Positions 45,221 to 55,000 of a stretch of 64,000 bases of DNA are shown here, piece after piece. The notes under the pieces were generated by a model, which did not search any database, was not told the DNA's origin, and was given only the letters and a program-made list of their open reading frames with translations. A program made the position numbers and the translations under genes. Numbering within the stretch: the first letter of the stretch is position 1; each line of letters starts with the position of its first letter. This DNA comes from Dehalococcoidia bacterium (GTDB taxonomy: Bacteria > Chloroflexota > Dehalococcoidia > Lucifugimonadales > Lucifugimonadaceae): positions 2,018,107 to 2,082,106 of the forward strand of contig OZ242166.1 in assembly GCA_965205325.1 (NCBI GenBank). Direction: 5' to 3'.

Positions 45221-46741
45221 CTACCTCATACCAGCGACGTATCCGACACCCGGATATACGTCCGGCAACGCGATACAATCACCGTTTCGTTCTTGCCACG
45301 CTCGAATCCGGCGAGCTAGTTCGACCGCTTTTTCACCGTGCTGTTCGGTATAGAAGAGATTCGTCGTCTCGTATGGGTCGTCGTTGAGGTTGTAGAGTTC
45401 GCAAAAATCGCCGACTGCGAGGTTGAGTTTCCAGCCGTCGGATGTGATGATGACGCGGTGCGGGATATCGCGTTGCAGTTCGAGTGGCGACATCGGCAAC
45501 TTGAGGCCGTCCAAGCCGCGTCCGTGCCACGCGATCATGACGTCGTTGCCATCCAAGGTGGAGTTTCCGGCGATTACGTCTGCTTTGCTTTCTCCTTGGC
45601 ACATTTCTGGGATTTCGAAGCCCATTAGTTCTAGGAGCGTCGGGACGGTGTCGATGTGCGAGTAGCGGCCGGGTATGCGTCGGCCATGCAACCACGGAAC
45701 GCGAACCAACATCGGAACCCGAACAGTATCTTCGTACATCACCATCTTGTGGAGGATGTAGTGGTCGCCAAGTTGGTCGCCGTGCTCGCTGGTGAAGACT
45801 ACGATTGTGTTCTCTGCGACGCCTAGTTCGTCGAGGGTGTCGAGTATCCTGCCGATGGCGTGGTCGAGGAGAGTGACGAGGCCCGCGTATCGCGCCTGAA
45901 TCTGTCGCAAGTCCGACTCTTCCTGACCCGGCGGCGAAATGGCTTCGCCCCTGAGTTCTTTGGCCGCGGTTGGTGCCGCCCAGTCCTCGCCTGTCTTGTA
46001 GAGCTTCGCCATGAGTTGGTGCATCAACGAAGCGTCTTCAGGCGGATCCTGCATGAAGATCGGGGACTCCGGGATCGAATCGGGATCGTAATAGTCGTTC
46101 AAAGGTCCGGTATACGGGAAGTGCGGCTCCAGAAAATTGACGTAGAGCGCGAACGGATTGTCCTTGTTTCGCTCCAGAAACTTGCTCACTTCACGACCGA
46201 GGTACGACGCCTTGGTGTGCTCTTCCGGTAGATCGTGAGCAAAAGGTCGACTGAAGACGCGGAGGCCATTGACCACTGCGTCGGGTTCGTAGCCTTGTGA
46301 GATCAGGTAGTGGTGATACGGGCTGAACTCGTCCTCGATATCGGGGTTGCTGCTCCAGACCCTATAGCCGTCCTCGATTGGATGCCACTCGTCGAAACCC
46401 CGACGCTTGCCGATCTCATCGCCGAGGTGCCATTTGCCGAAATAGGCCTTGTGGTAGGCGTCGGGCAGATGGTCAACGAGCGTGTCGACGTCATCAGGTA
46501 GCGGGACGTTGTTTTTGTAAGCGCCGTTCGTATGAGGCCAAGTGCCCGTCATGATGGTGGAGCGGGAGGGCGTGCAGATGGGAGACGAGACGTAGCAGTT
46601 TTCGATCACTGACCCCGTCGCGGCTAGCCGGTCCATCGCCGGCGCTTCGATCCAGTCATTGCCGTATGCGGCCATGGTGTCGGCACGCTGTTGATCGCTG
46701 AAGATGAATAGCAGGTTTGGTCGTTCGGGCCGCTCGGACAT
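45221..46741 (-). CDS. Formylglycine-dependent sulfatase (arylsulfatase family)
   Basis: 506-aa ORF with NLLFIFSDQQR and the C-x-P-x-R signature CTPSRSTIMTG. Confidence 0.9.
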   Translation of the reverse strand: MSERPERPNLLFIFSDQQRADTMAAYGNDWIEAPAMDRLAATGSVIENCYVSSPICTPSRSTIMTGTWPHTNGAYKNNVPLPDDVDTLVDHLPDAYHKAYFGKWHLGDEIGKRRGFDEWHPIEDGYRVWSSNPDIEDEFSPYHHYLISQGYEPDAVVNGLRVFSRPFAHDLPEEHTKASYLGREVSKFLERNKDNPFALYVNFLEPHFPYTGPLNDYYDPDSIPESPIFMQDPPEDASLMHQLMAKLYKTGEDWAAPTAAKELRGEAISPPGQEESDLRQIQARYAGLVTLLDHAIGRILDTLDELGVAENTIVVFTSEHGDQLGDHYILHKMVMYEDTVRVPMLVRVPWLHGRRIPGRYSHIDTVPTLLELMGFEIPEMCQGESKADVIAGNSTLDGNDVMIAWHGRGLDGLKLPMSPLELQRDIPHRVIITSDGWKLNLAVGDFCELYNLNDDPYETTNLFYTEQHGEKAVELARRIRAWQERNGDCIALPDVYPGVGYVAGMR

Positions 46742-46774
46742 TCGGCTCTCCCTCGAGTTTTGGGTTGAAGGTTT

Positions 46775-47836
46775 TTAGTTGCCGCTACTATCAGCGAAGA
46801 CCGAACGGAGATCGGCGGCCAGATGCACTGGGGAATCGGCATACCGGTAACAACGCGTGATGCGGTTCTCAGCGGTCCGATACAACGGTGGATCCGCGGA
46901 TGTGCATTCGACCATTCGGTAGGCGCACCGGTCGTAGAAGTTGCAACCTGTCAACTCGATCTCATCCTCGTCCCTGACGTCCTGTTCCCTGCCCCACTGC
47001 GTCTCAGGATCGGGTTGAGGGATGGACGACACCAGTAGCTGTGTGTATGGGTGCTTCGGGTCGTTGATCACCGAGTCGACGCTGCCGGCCTCTGCCACTC
47101 GCCCTTTGTAAAGAACGATGATGTTTTCAGCTATTTGAAACGCCGTGGTGAGGTCGTGCGTGATGTAGAGGATCGAGATACCCAGATCACGATTCATGGC
47201 GCGCAGAGTCTCGAGGATCGTGGCGCGCAAGGACGCATCGACCATCGACACCGGCTCGTCGGCGACGATGATTTTCGGCTTGAGCATCACCGCACGGGCG
47301 ACCATCACACGTTGGCGTTGGCCACCGCTAAGCTGATGAGGGTGCCTACCTAACGTCTCCTCGGGACGTAATCCCACGGTTCTGAGGGCTTCGATGACAA
47401 TGTCATCAGCTTCAGATTTTGAGGTCGCCATCTTGTAACGGCGAATCGGCGTCCGCAAGACGTGGTCCACCTTGTAAAACGGGTTGTAGGACTCGAACGG
47501 GTCTTGGAAGATTACCTGCACTTCTCGGCGAAACTCGGCGTGTTGGGCGCGGCTCATCTCGGCAACGTTCGTCCCGCGATAGACGACATCGCCCGATGTC
47601 GGCTCCACCAGTCCGAGGACGGTTCGTGCGAGCGTGGTTTTTCCGCTTCCGCTCTCCCCCGCGATTGCCGTTATCGTGGGCGGGGATTCTGGGACGCTGA
47701 AAGTCACCGTGTCGAGTGCGCGGGTGTAGTGCTTGCGAAATGTCCCCGATACGAAGGTCTTGCTGACGTTGTCCGCACGCAACAACAGATCCGAATCTGT
47801 TTGGGCGGCGGTCCGTCCTGACTGAACCGTGGTCAT
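46775..47836 (-). CDS. Peptide/opine-type ABC importer ATP-binding protein (OppF/DppF-like)
   Basis: GESGSGKTT, LSGGQRQRV, IVADEPVSMVD, and a C-terminal oligopeptide-type extension. Confidence 0.9.
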   Translation of the reverse strand: MTTVQSGRTAAQTDSDLLLRADNVSKTFVSGTFRKHYTRALDTVTFSVPESPPTITAIAGESGSGKTTLARTVLGLVEPTSGDVVYRGTNVAEMSRAQHAEFRREVQVIFQDPFESYNPFYKVDHVLRTPIRRYKMATSKSEADDIVIEALRTVGLRPEETLGRHPHQLSGGQRQRVMVARAVMLKPKIIVADEPVSMVDASLRATILETLRAMNRDLGISILYITHDLTTAFQIAENIIVLYKGRVAEAGSVDSVINDPKHPYTQLLVSSIPQPDPETQWGREQDVRDEDEIELTGCNFYDRCAYRMVECTSADPPLYRTAENRITRCYRYADSPVHLAADLRSVFADSSGN

Positions 47837-48834
47837 AGCTCGACCACTCTTCCGTCATCGTCGCTGTATAGGTGACAAGCCGCATACCGATTCGCATCAA
47901 GTTCACGGGTAGGCGGTATCTCTTGACTACATATTTCCATCACCTCCGGGCATCGGGTATGGAATATGCATCCAGGCGGCGGACGCAGCAAAGAAGGTGG
48001 AAGTCCCGGGATTCCTTCGAGCCGCCGTTTGCTCCGCGTGTCGGGAAGGCTTGAGATTAGGAGACGCGTATACGGGTGCTTGGGATTGTTGAAGATGTCG
48101 GATACGGGACCGATCTCGGCGATCTTTCCGCCGTACATGATCCCGATGCGGGATGCGAACTGCGCCATTAGGCCCATGTCGTGGCCGATCATGATCGCCG
48201 CTGCGCCGATCCGTTCCTGAACTTCTCGCAGCGTCTGGACGACTTGTTTCTGCACGACGACGTCGAGCGCACTGGTCGGTTCGTCGGCAATGATCACGGA
48301 CGGATTCATCGAAATCGCGATGGCGATGGCGACGCGTTGTTTCATGCCGCCGCTCAGTTCGTGGGGAAAACGTCCAGCCACGTCTCGGTGAAGCCCCACG
48401 CTATCGAGCAACTCTGCGACTCTCTGTGAATATTCGCCATCGCTCATGCGGACGTTGTGGTCCTTTAGGCCATCGATCACCTGGTCGCGTATCCGCATTA
48501 CCGGGTTCAGCGAATTCAGTGCTCCTTGCGGCACCATCGCGATCTCGGATAATCTGCGGAGTCGAACTTGCTCATCGTTGTCATCCAGCAAGTTAGACCC
48601 GTTTAGCAAGATGCTCCCGCCTTCGATACGAGCGGGTTCTTTGTGCGCCATCATCAACGCGAGTGCGATGGTCGACTTGCCCGAACCGGACTCTCCGACT
48701 AAACCGAGGCGTTCCCCCCGGGCCAGCTCAAATGAGACGCCATCAACGGCCTTAACCGGCCCGCGGCGCGTGTGGTAGTAGACCTGAAGGTCCTTGACTG
48801 CCAGCGGTGTTTGGACTTCGGTCGCGGTTGTCAT
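47833..48834 (-). CDS. Peptide/opine-type ABC importer ATP-binding protein (OppD/DppD-like)
   Basis: GESGSGKST, LSGGMKQRV, IIADEPTSALD. 4-nt overlaps on both sides. Confidence 0.9.
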   Translation of the reverse strand: MTTATEVQTPLAVKDLQVYYHTRRGPVKAVDGVSFELARGERLGLVGESGSGKSTIALALMMAHKEPARIEGGSILLNGSNLLDDNDEQVRLRRLSEIAMVPQGALNSLNPVMRIRDQVIDGLKDHNVRMSDGEYSQRVAELLDSVGLHRDVAGRFPHELSGGMKQRVAIAIAISMNPSVIIADEPTSALDVVVQKQVVQTLREVQERIGAAAIMIGHDMGLMAQFASRIGIMYGGKIAEIGPVSDIFNNPKHPYTRLLISSLPDTRSKRRLEGIPGLPPSLLRPPPGCIFHTRCPEVMEICSQEIPPTRELDANRYAACHLYSDDDGRVVEL

Positions 48835-49802
48835 ACCGACGTTCGCAACCTTGGGTTTGCGATCTGGTCAAGACCTGCAGTGACCATGAAAAGCCCGACG
48901 ACGAAGATCGCTATGACTAAAATCGGCGGGCCGAACCACCACCACATGCCTTGAGGAACGGCGCCGAACCTGATGAACCAGAAAGCCATCAGACCCAGCG
49001 ACGGTTCGTTCTGCGGTCCCAAACCCAACGCCGACAGTCCAATTGAGAGCAGGATCGCTCCCGCAACCGCGCCTACGAACGCGGCCGCGATGAAGGGTGC
49101 GAGATTGGGTACCAACTCGGTCAACACGATCTCCATGTCGCCTTGACCGTTGAACTTCGACACCTCGACATAGGTCCGGTTCTTCAACGTCAATACCTGA
49201 GCGCGCACTACCCGAGTCGTCCCCATCCACGAGATAACCCCAATCAGAATCCCAAGCTGCTCAACGGTCAATTGGTCCAGATACGCGCTGATAGTTATCA
49301 ACAACATCAACCCGGGGATGGTGATAAGCGCATCGCTCAGGACAACCACAACAGCATCGATCCATCCTCCGAAATATCCACCCATGAAACCAAGCAGCGT
49401 ACCGATCCCGATCCCGATCACACCGGCGATAAAACCCATCCACAGGGTTCCAAGCGTCCCGAAGGCAACGTAAGCGAAAACATCGCGTCCGAACTGATCT
49501 GAGCCTAACCAGTATTCGCCTGAAGGACGCAATCTCGGCGCGTCTCGCAACTGTATCGAACCGTCAGCGACTTCTTTTTCGGCTTTGGCAAAACCAACTT
49601 CGGCTCGTTCGGGATCGATGACTGCAGAGCCTACAACTGCGAACAATACGACGGCGAGCATGAGCGCCAATCCTCCAACGAGCAGTTTGTTTCGATTGAA
49701 TGTGCCTAAAATCCGATCTCCGAGAGACTCTTCCTCGAAGATCGTTTCGTCGTACGTGCCCGCGATCTGCGGACTCATATTTGTGGTGTCGGTATTCGCC
49801 AT
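48831..49802 (-). CDS. ABC importer permease (OppC/DppC-like)
   Basis: 323-aa ORF with LGSDQFGRDVFAYV and 6 TM segments. Confidence 0.9.
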   Translation of the reverse strand: MANTDTTNMSPQIAGTYDETIFEEESLGDRILGTFNRNKLLVGGLALMLAVVLFAVVGSAVIDPERAEVGFAKAEKEVADGSIQLRDAPRLRPSGEYWLGSDQFGRDVFAYVAFGTLGTLWMGFIAGVIGIGIGTLLGFMGGYFGGWIDAVVVVLSDALITIPGLMLLITISAYLDQLTVEQLGILIGVISWMGTTRVVRAQVLTLKNRTYVEVSKFNGQGDMEIVLTELVPNLAPFIAAAFVGAVAGAILLSIGLSALGLGPQNEPSLGLMAFWFIRFGAVPQGMWWWFGPPILVIAIFVVGLFMVTAGLDQIANPRLRTSV

Positions 49803-50809
49803 TACGCAGACCGATATCTGATACGGGGATCAATTAGCGGGTAGATCATGTCGACAATGAACAGCATCAACCCCACTGCGAAAATGACGTACATCAGCAC
49901 GCCTTGGATGAGGAAATAATCGTTGCTGGTGATCGCCGTATATAGCAAGTTGCCGATACCCGGATAAGCGAAAAGCACCTCGACAAGCACTGAACCAGAC
50001 ACGACGAACCCGAGATTGATCGCCAAGCCCGTAACTTGAGGCAACAGCGCGTTCCTCACCGCGTATCTGACGAATATCCGGCGTTCTTTCAGACCCTTAA
50101 ACTCAGCGAGCTTTATGAAATCGTCGCCCATCGTCGTCACCATCATCCCTCGCATCCCGAGTCCCCAAAACCCGATGCTCGAAAGGATGATGGCTCCTGC
50201 CGGGAGAATGGCATGCTCAATGATGTCAATGATCGTCGTCAGGTCAAACACAGGAGCCGACAGTGGATCGTGCGCGCCACCGCCCGGCAGAATCGGCCAA
50301 AACACCGTGAAGGCCCAAAGCATCAAAAGGCCAAGCAGGTAAAAAGGCACTGCCGTCACGATCAGCAACAAAGGCACTACGAAGGAAATGGCGATGGGCG
50401 TGCGCGTCCAACCTAACCAAGCACCGAAGAAGGAGCCGATAACCGCCGCCATCACCGTCGTGACGCCCACCAAGCCCAATGTCCACGGCATCGCACGCCT
50501 CACCTCCTTCGTCACTTCAGCAGGGAAGTACGCGATCGATTGCCCAAAGTCAAGTCGCGATAGGGCGATCCAGTAATTAACGTATTGAAGCCAAAGCGGA
50601 TTTTTCAGCCCAAACCGCTCCTCATAACGCTCGATCATCTGCTCGACATTTGCAATGTGAACCCCGCCAGCTTGTTGCAGCAGCTGATTCATCCGCTCTT
50701 CAACGGGGTTAGTCGGCCGGAGGCGGGGTATCGCGAAATTCAGCGTTCCAGCCACAAAGATGATCAGCACGAACATGCCTAGCCGCTTGAGGACATAGTC
50801 GACAGTCAT
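49802..50809 (-). CDS. ABC importer permease (OppB/DppB-like)
   Basis: 335-aa ORF with N-terminal YVLKRLGMFVLIIFV and C-terminal IDPRIRY. Confidence 0.9.
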   Translation of the reverse strand: MTVDYVLKRLGMFVLIIFVAGTLNFAIPRLRPTNPVEERMNQLLQQAGGVHIANVEQMIERYEERFGLKNPLWLQYVNYWIALSRLDFGQSIAYFPAEVTKEVRRAMPWTLGLVGVTTVMAAVIGSFFGAWLGWTRTPIAISFVVPLLLIVTAVPFYLLGLLMLWAFTVFWPILPGGGAHDPLSAPVFDLTTIIDIIEHAILPAGAIILSSIGFWGLGMRGMMVTTMGDDFIKLAEFKGLKERRIFVRYAVRNALLPQVTGLAINLGFVVSGSVLVEVLFAYPGIGNLLYTAITSNDYFLIQGVLMYVIFAVGLMLFIVDMIYPLIDPRIRYRSA

Positions 50810-50989
50810 GCGACAGCGACTCCTTCTGATTTGCAGCTACGACTATTCAATGGGCTTTCTCGACGGGAATCAACGGTTACGGCTGGTTCAATCGTCAAAA
50901 AATGTTATACGAACCGCTGTTCACTCGCCACATGCAGACGTGGCCGATGTAACTCGTTTCGGTGCTCCATCACATGGTTGCCAGTCCAA

Positions 50990-51018
50990 TTGACAGCCCT
51001 TCGTTTTTTATATAGATT
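50990..51018 (+). promoter_or_regulatory. Sigma-70-like promoter candidate for the solute-binding protein gene
   Basis: TTGACA (50990..50995), a 17-nt spacer, then TAGATT (51013..51018), with an overlapping TATAGA. About 130 nt upstream of the SBP start, in a divergent 336-nt spacer. Confidence 0.4.
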
Positions 51019-51145
51019 TTGCTGAGTTGCGCGGGAGAACCCGCGTTAGTTGGCGCGCACGAATTTGAGAATATCCGTGAAACTCGGTCCAACCTTCCAA
51101 AGCCAGACGCGCCTCACATTTCAAAGCTAGCTCCAGGAGCATAGA

Positions 51146-53182
51146 GTGATGCAAAAGATACGCAATATGCGTTCCGCATTGTGGATGGTAGTGATGGGGT
51201 CCCTCATCGCCGCAGTCTCCACCGCGATCGCCTGCGGCGGCACTGAAACCGTCGTTGAGACAGTCGTCGTCGAAAGAGAGGTACCGGTCGAGGTCCAAGT
51301 CACCGTCGAGACCGTCAAAGAGGTCGTCGTCCAAGGTGAAACCGTCGTCCAGACCGTCGTCGTCGAACGCGAAAGAATCGTAGAAGGCCAGACGGTCGTC
51401 GAAACCGTCGTCGTTGAGCGCGAAGTCGTCGTCGAAGTCGAGACCGAAAAGGTCGTCGAAATCGAGCGTGAAGTCACTGCGGTACCCACGCCGCGAGGCG
51501 TTATCACTCGCGAAGACACCTTCGTGATTACCGGTTTCGGACCTGGCGCAACGCAATGGACCGACCCTGACAACATGAACCCCTACTCGCTTGGTGGTCT
51601 AGGTCGAGTTCGTGGAATCCTCAACAAGACGATCTACGAGTTCCTCTACCTCTACAACCACAACGAAGGCGAAGTGATCCCGTGGCTCGCAGAGAGCAGC
51701 GAAGTCGATGACGATTTCATGGGCGTCAGCGTGACTCTGCGTGACGGCATCGAGTGGTCAGACGGTATGCCCTTCACCAGCGAGGACGTAAAGTTCACTA
51801 TCGAACTGTTGCAGAACAACCCGGACATGGTCTTCGCTGGAGACATCCAGGAATGGGTCAAAGACGTCGAGATCATCGACGACCGGAACTTCCGCATCAA
51901 CTACAACAAGCCCAACGCCCGGTTCTTCTACTTCTACTTCCAGGAGAACTCGGAGATCCACCTCCCGATCCTGCCGAAGCACGTCTGGGAAGGCCAAGAC
52001 CCGCTCGAGTTCCCGAACTTCGATCTCGAAAAAGGTTGGCCAGTCGGGACCGGGCCTTTCGTCGCAACCCGCGCCGATGCCCAAGGTCAGATCTTCGACC
52101 GCAACGACAACTGGTGGGCGGCGAAGGTCGGATTCAAAGAGCTTCCGGAGCCTCTACGTGTCGCCTACATCCCGCCAGGATCTGCCGACACGATGGTCGC
52201 CCGGATGATCAACAACGAGTTTGACACTGGTTCGATCATGCAGCCAGGCGTATTCGTCACGGCGCACAACCGCAACAAGAACATCATCTCTTGGGACACC
52301 GACGGCCCGTCATACGGCGCCGCGGACGCCTGCATGTACACCCTCGGCGTGAACACGCAGTACGGCCCGATGTCTGATGTCAACGCACGACGCGCGGTCC
52401 AGGCCGCCGTCGACCGCGACCAACTCGTTTCCCTCGCCTACGAAGACTCGACCGTCACACGCGCAGTGCCGTACTCCACCTATGGTGGTTTGAAGGCATA
52501 CGAAGACGCACAGGCCGACATCATTGCCAAATACAACTGGGAAGACCAAGGCCAAGCCGAGGTCGAGTCGTACATGGCAGAAGCCGGTTACACAATGGGC
52601 GGTAGCGGTTACTGGGAGAAAGACGGCGAACACCTCGCAATGGATCTCCATGTCCCCGGCTGGCTCAGGCCGATGGGTCCCGTTGTCGAGAAGCAGCTAC
52701 AAGACGCTGGCTTTGATGTGTCGTTCGTCTTGCATGATCCGGATACCGCACCACTCTGGGCCGAAGTCCGCACCGGTCTCGCAGACATGTGGATCCTAGT
52801 CCACTGCGGTAGCTCACGCGAGCCACACGGAACCATGCAGCACTTCCACTCCAAGTTCAATTCGCCGACGCAAGGCGAACAGAACCAGTACCTCTGGGCA
52901 AACAGCCAGTACAACAACCCAGAGTACGATGCAATCATCGACGAGATGGACTCCGTGCTGCCCTCAACCGAAGACCCGGTCTACATGGACCTCGCCAACC
53001 GTGCACTCGACATCTTCCTCGACGACGTGATCGAGATCACGCTCGCCGAAGAGCGACACGTTGTGACCTTCAACAACACCTACTGGCGCGGATTCATGAC
53101 CAACTCCAACCCGTACGTCGCACCGTACAGCTTGTGGGCTGGATACCTCCTTGCGATCCTGAACGTCTCGAAGGCACAGTAG
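51146..53182 (+). CDS. Family 5 (peptide/opine/nickel-type) ABC solute-binding lipoprotein with Val/Glu-repeat tether
   Basis: 678-aa ORF. Signal plus lipobox AIAC|GG. A 79-aa V/E repeat, followed by a typical SBP_bac_5-like body. Confidence 0.9.
   Translation: MMQKIRNMRSALWMVVMGSLIAAVSTAIACGGTETVVETVVVEREVPVEVQVTVETVKEVVVQGETVVQTVVVERERIVEGQTVVETVVVEREVVVEVETEKVVEIEREVTAVPTPRGVITREDTFVITGFGPGATQWTDPDNMNPYSLGGLGRVRGILNKTIYEFLYLYNHNEGEVIPWLAESSEVDDDFMGVSVTLRDGIEWSDGMPFTSEDVKFTIELLQNNPDMVFAGDIQEWVKDVEIIDDRNFRINYNKPNARFFYFYFQENSEIHLPILPKHVWEGQDPLEFPNFDLEKGWPVGTGPFVATRADAQGQIFDRNDNWWAAKVGFKELPEPLRVAYIPPGSADTMVARMINNEFDTGSIMQPGVFVTAHNRNKNIISWDTDGPSYGAADACMYTLGVNTQYGPMSDVNARRAVQAAVDRDQLVSLAYEDSTVTRAVPYSTYGGLKAYEDAQADIIAKYNWEDQGQAEVESYMAEAGYTMGGSGYWEKDGEHLAMDLHVPGWLRPMGPVVEKQLQDAGFDVSFVLHDPDTAPLWAEVRTGLADMWILVHCGSSREPHGTMQHFHSKFNSPTQGEQNQYLWANSQYNNPEYDAIIDEMDSVLPSTEDPVYMDLANRALDIFLDDVIEITLAEERHVVTFNNTYWRGFMTNSNPYVAPYSLWAGYLLAILNVSKAQ
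51242..51478 (+). repeat. Coding low-complexity repeat: (V/T/E/R)-alternating tether
   Basis: TETVVETVVVEREVPVEVQVTVETVKEVVVQGETVVQTVVVERERIVEGQTVVETVVVEREVVVEVETEKVVEIEREVT. Confidence 0.9.
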
Positions 53183-53233
53183 CCTGAAACCTTCAGCAGC
53201 ATAGACGTCACAGCCTCGGCATGACGTCGGCAC

Positions 53234-53270
53234 ATCGAGGGCGTTATCTTGTTCAGATAACGCCCTCGAT
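53234..53270 (+). terminator. Perfect 16-bp inverted repeat (stem-loop) downstream of the SBP gene
   Basis: ATCGAGGGCGTTATCT-tgttc-AGATAACGCCCTCGAT, 52 nt after the stop. No U-tract, so it could be a terminator, an RNA stabiliser or a protein-binding palindrome. Confidence 0.45.
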
Positions 53271-53304
53271 TCGCGTCAGAACACAACCCGAATTACTTAA
53301 TCCG

Positions 53305-54093
53305 ATGAGCCAACCCATCCTCGTAGACCACTCCGATCACATCGCTACCATCACCTTCAACCGTCCTGAACAACGGAACGCCATCTCATACGAGATGTGG
53401 CAGGCTCTAGGCAGCGTCCTGGCAGATCTCGATGCCGACACATCCGTCCGCTGCGTCATCTTCCGCGGCGCAGGAGGCCAGGCATTTTCCGCAGGTGCCG
53501 ACATCAAGGACTTCGACGAACATCGATACGACTCAAATTCTGCCGGCCGATACGCCAAGGCATTTGAATCGGCCCTAGACCGCGTTGAAAAACTCCACTG
53601 CCCTACCATCGCCGCAATCCAAGGATTCTGCGTGGGCGGCGGTCTCGAACTCGCAGCCGCAACCGACATCCGCATCGCCACAAAGTCCTCCCGGTTCGGC
53701 GTTCCTGTCAACCGATTGGGGCTCACTGCGGGCTGGGATGAACTCCGCAGAATGATTGCCGTCGCGGGAGTTCCAGCCGTCAAATACCTCGTCCTTTCGG
53801 GCAGCATCATCGACATCGACGACGCGATGCGATTCGGATTAATTACGTCGACGGTAGAAGAGGACGAATTCGAAGCCACCATCAAAAAACTCTCTACTCA
53901 AATCACCACTGGGGCTCCCCTATCTGCCCGCGACCACAAGATCATGATCCAGCGCCTTTCCCTCGAACCCAACACCGAGACGCTAAGCGAAGAGGATTAC
54001 AACCTCCAGTTCCGAGTATTCGACTCCGCAGATTTCCGTGAGGGCGTAGCCGCGTTCAAGGCGAAGCGACGGCCTACATTCACCGGCGAGTAA
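53305..54093 (+). CDS. Enoyl-CoA hydratase/isomerase (crotonase) family protein
   Basis: ORF 53221..54093; ATG 53305 preferred. ITFNRPEQRNAIS, FRGAGGQAFSAGADIKDF, IAAIQGFCVGGGLELAAATDIRIA. Confidence 0.85.
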   Translation: MSQPILVDHSDHIATITFNRPEQRNAISYEMWQALGSVLADLDADTSVRCVIFRGAGGQAFSAGADIKDFDEHRYDSNSAGRYAKAFESALDRVEKLHCPTIAAIQGFCVGGGLELAAATDIRIATKSSRFGVPVNRLGLTAGWDELRRMIAVAGVPAVKYLVLSGSIIDIDDAMRFGLITSTVEEDEFEATIKKLSTQITTGAPLSARDHKIMIQRLSLEPNTETLSEEDYNLQFRVFDSADFREGVAAFKAKRRPTFTGE

Positions 54094-54102
54094 CCCCACC
54101 CC

Positions 54103-54417
54103 CTAGATCTCGCATGCATCCCCATCGCAACCCGGATCATCTTTAGCGAACAGCCTCCGAATCGGCGACACGTAAAGCGCAAGGCCGTAAAGGAAGTATG
54201 CCGGAACTCGCAAGCAAATGGCACGCGTCGCGTAGATCCCCGTATAAACCCGCTGGGTCACGTCATCAACCACAACGATCTCACCTTTTGGGACTTCGCC
54301 GATTGGTGAAGTGTCAGTAGAAACATTGACTCGTCCGAGCCAATCGAGTTTTGCTGTGCGTGTCGCTTTACGTGTGCAATCCGCACAATCTGCGTTGTAG
54401 TAGAGAGTGATGCCCAT
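54103..54417 (-). CDS. Small CxxC protein, possibly DCC1-like thiol-disulfide oxidoreductase (DUF393)
   Basis: ORF 54103..54519. ATG 54417 gives MGITLYYNADCADCTRKA. The family call is tentative and from memory. Confidence 0.45.
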   Translation of the reverse strand: MGITLYYNADCADCTRKATRTAKLDWLGRVNVSTDTSPIGEVPKGEIVVVDDVTQRVYTGIYATRAICLRVPAYFLYGLALYVSPIRRLFAKDDPGCDGDACEI

Positions 54418-54539
54418 AGCGATTATTGTTCTAAAGCCCGAGCCTGGACACGCCCTTGTGCCCGACAACATATCAAAATATAAATCTGTCCATGACAACC
54501 ATTTGGTGATTTGAGGCACCCCCTCTGGAAAGCTCCAAA

Positions 54540-54953
54540 ATGCCCAACAACGTGACTGAAGTCCCAGCGGCCGACGCCGACGAAGCGAAAAAACACTTCG
54601 CTAGCCTTCTAAAGTTCGAAACCGACTGCTGGGATGTTCACGACGCATTGTCACGAAGTGCTGACGATTTCGTACTTCTAGACGTCCGCAGTCCTGACCT
54701 TTACGAACTTGGGCACGTCCCAGATGCTATTAACCTTCCCCATGCACGGATAGTTGAACGAAACCTCACCTCCTGGGATCCCGACACCTTGTTCGTCGTC
54801 TACTGCGCAGGCCCGCACTGCAACGGCGCCGACAAAGCCGCTCTCAGACTTGCCCGTTTGGGCAGACCTGTCAAGAAGATGATCGGTGGCGTCACCGGGT
54901 GGGTAGATGAAGGGTTTTATCTAGCCGAAGGGAACGAACCCGGGAGCGTTTGA
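54540..54953 (+). CDS. Rhodanese-domain sulfurtransferase-like protein
   Basis: 137-aa ORF with LLDVRSPDLYELGHVPDAINLP and active-site loop VVYCAGPHCNGA. Confidence 0.8.
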   Translation: MPNNVTEVPAADADEAKKHFASLLKFETDCWDVHDALSRSADDFVLLDVRSPDLYELGHVPDAINLPHARIVERNLTSWDPDTLFVVYCAGPHCNGADKAALRLARLGRPVKKMIGGVTGWVDEGFYLAEGNEPGSV

Positions 54954-55000
54954 TGGACAGGGTCCGTGATTGGTTCAAGCGATTGATCTTTGAATCGCCA

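Noticed and set aside
51008-51576. Ser/Thr/Val-rich ORFs antisense to the SBP gene start (also 59315..59827)
   Set aside because: They are mirror images of the Val/Glu coding repeat (GTC/GAA read backwards gives T/S/F-rich strings). The sense strand has a lipobox and a complete SBP domain.
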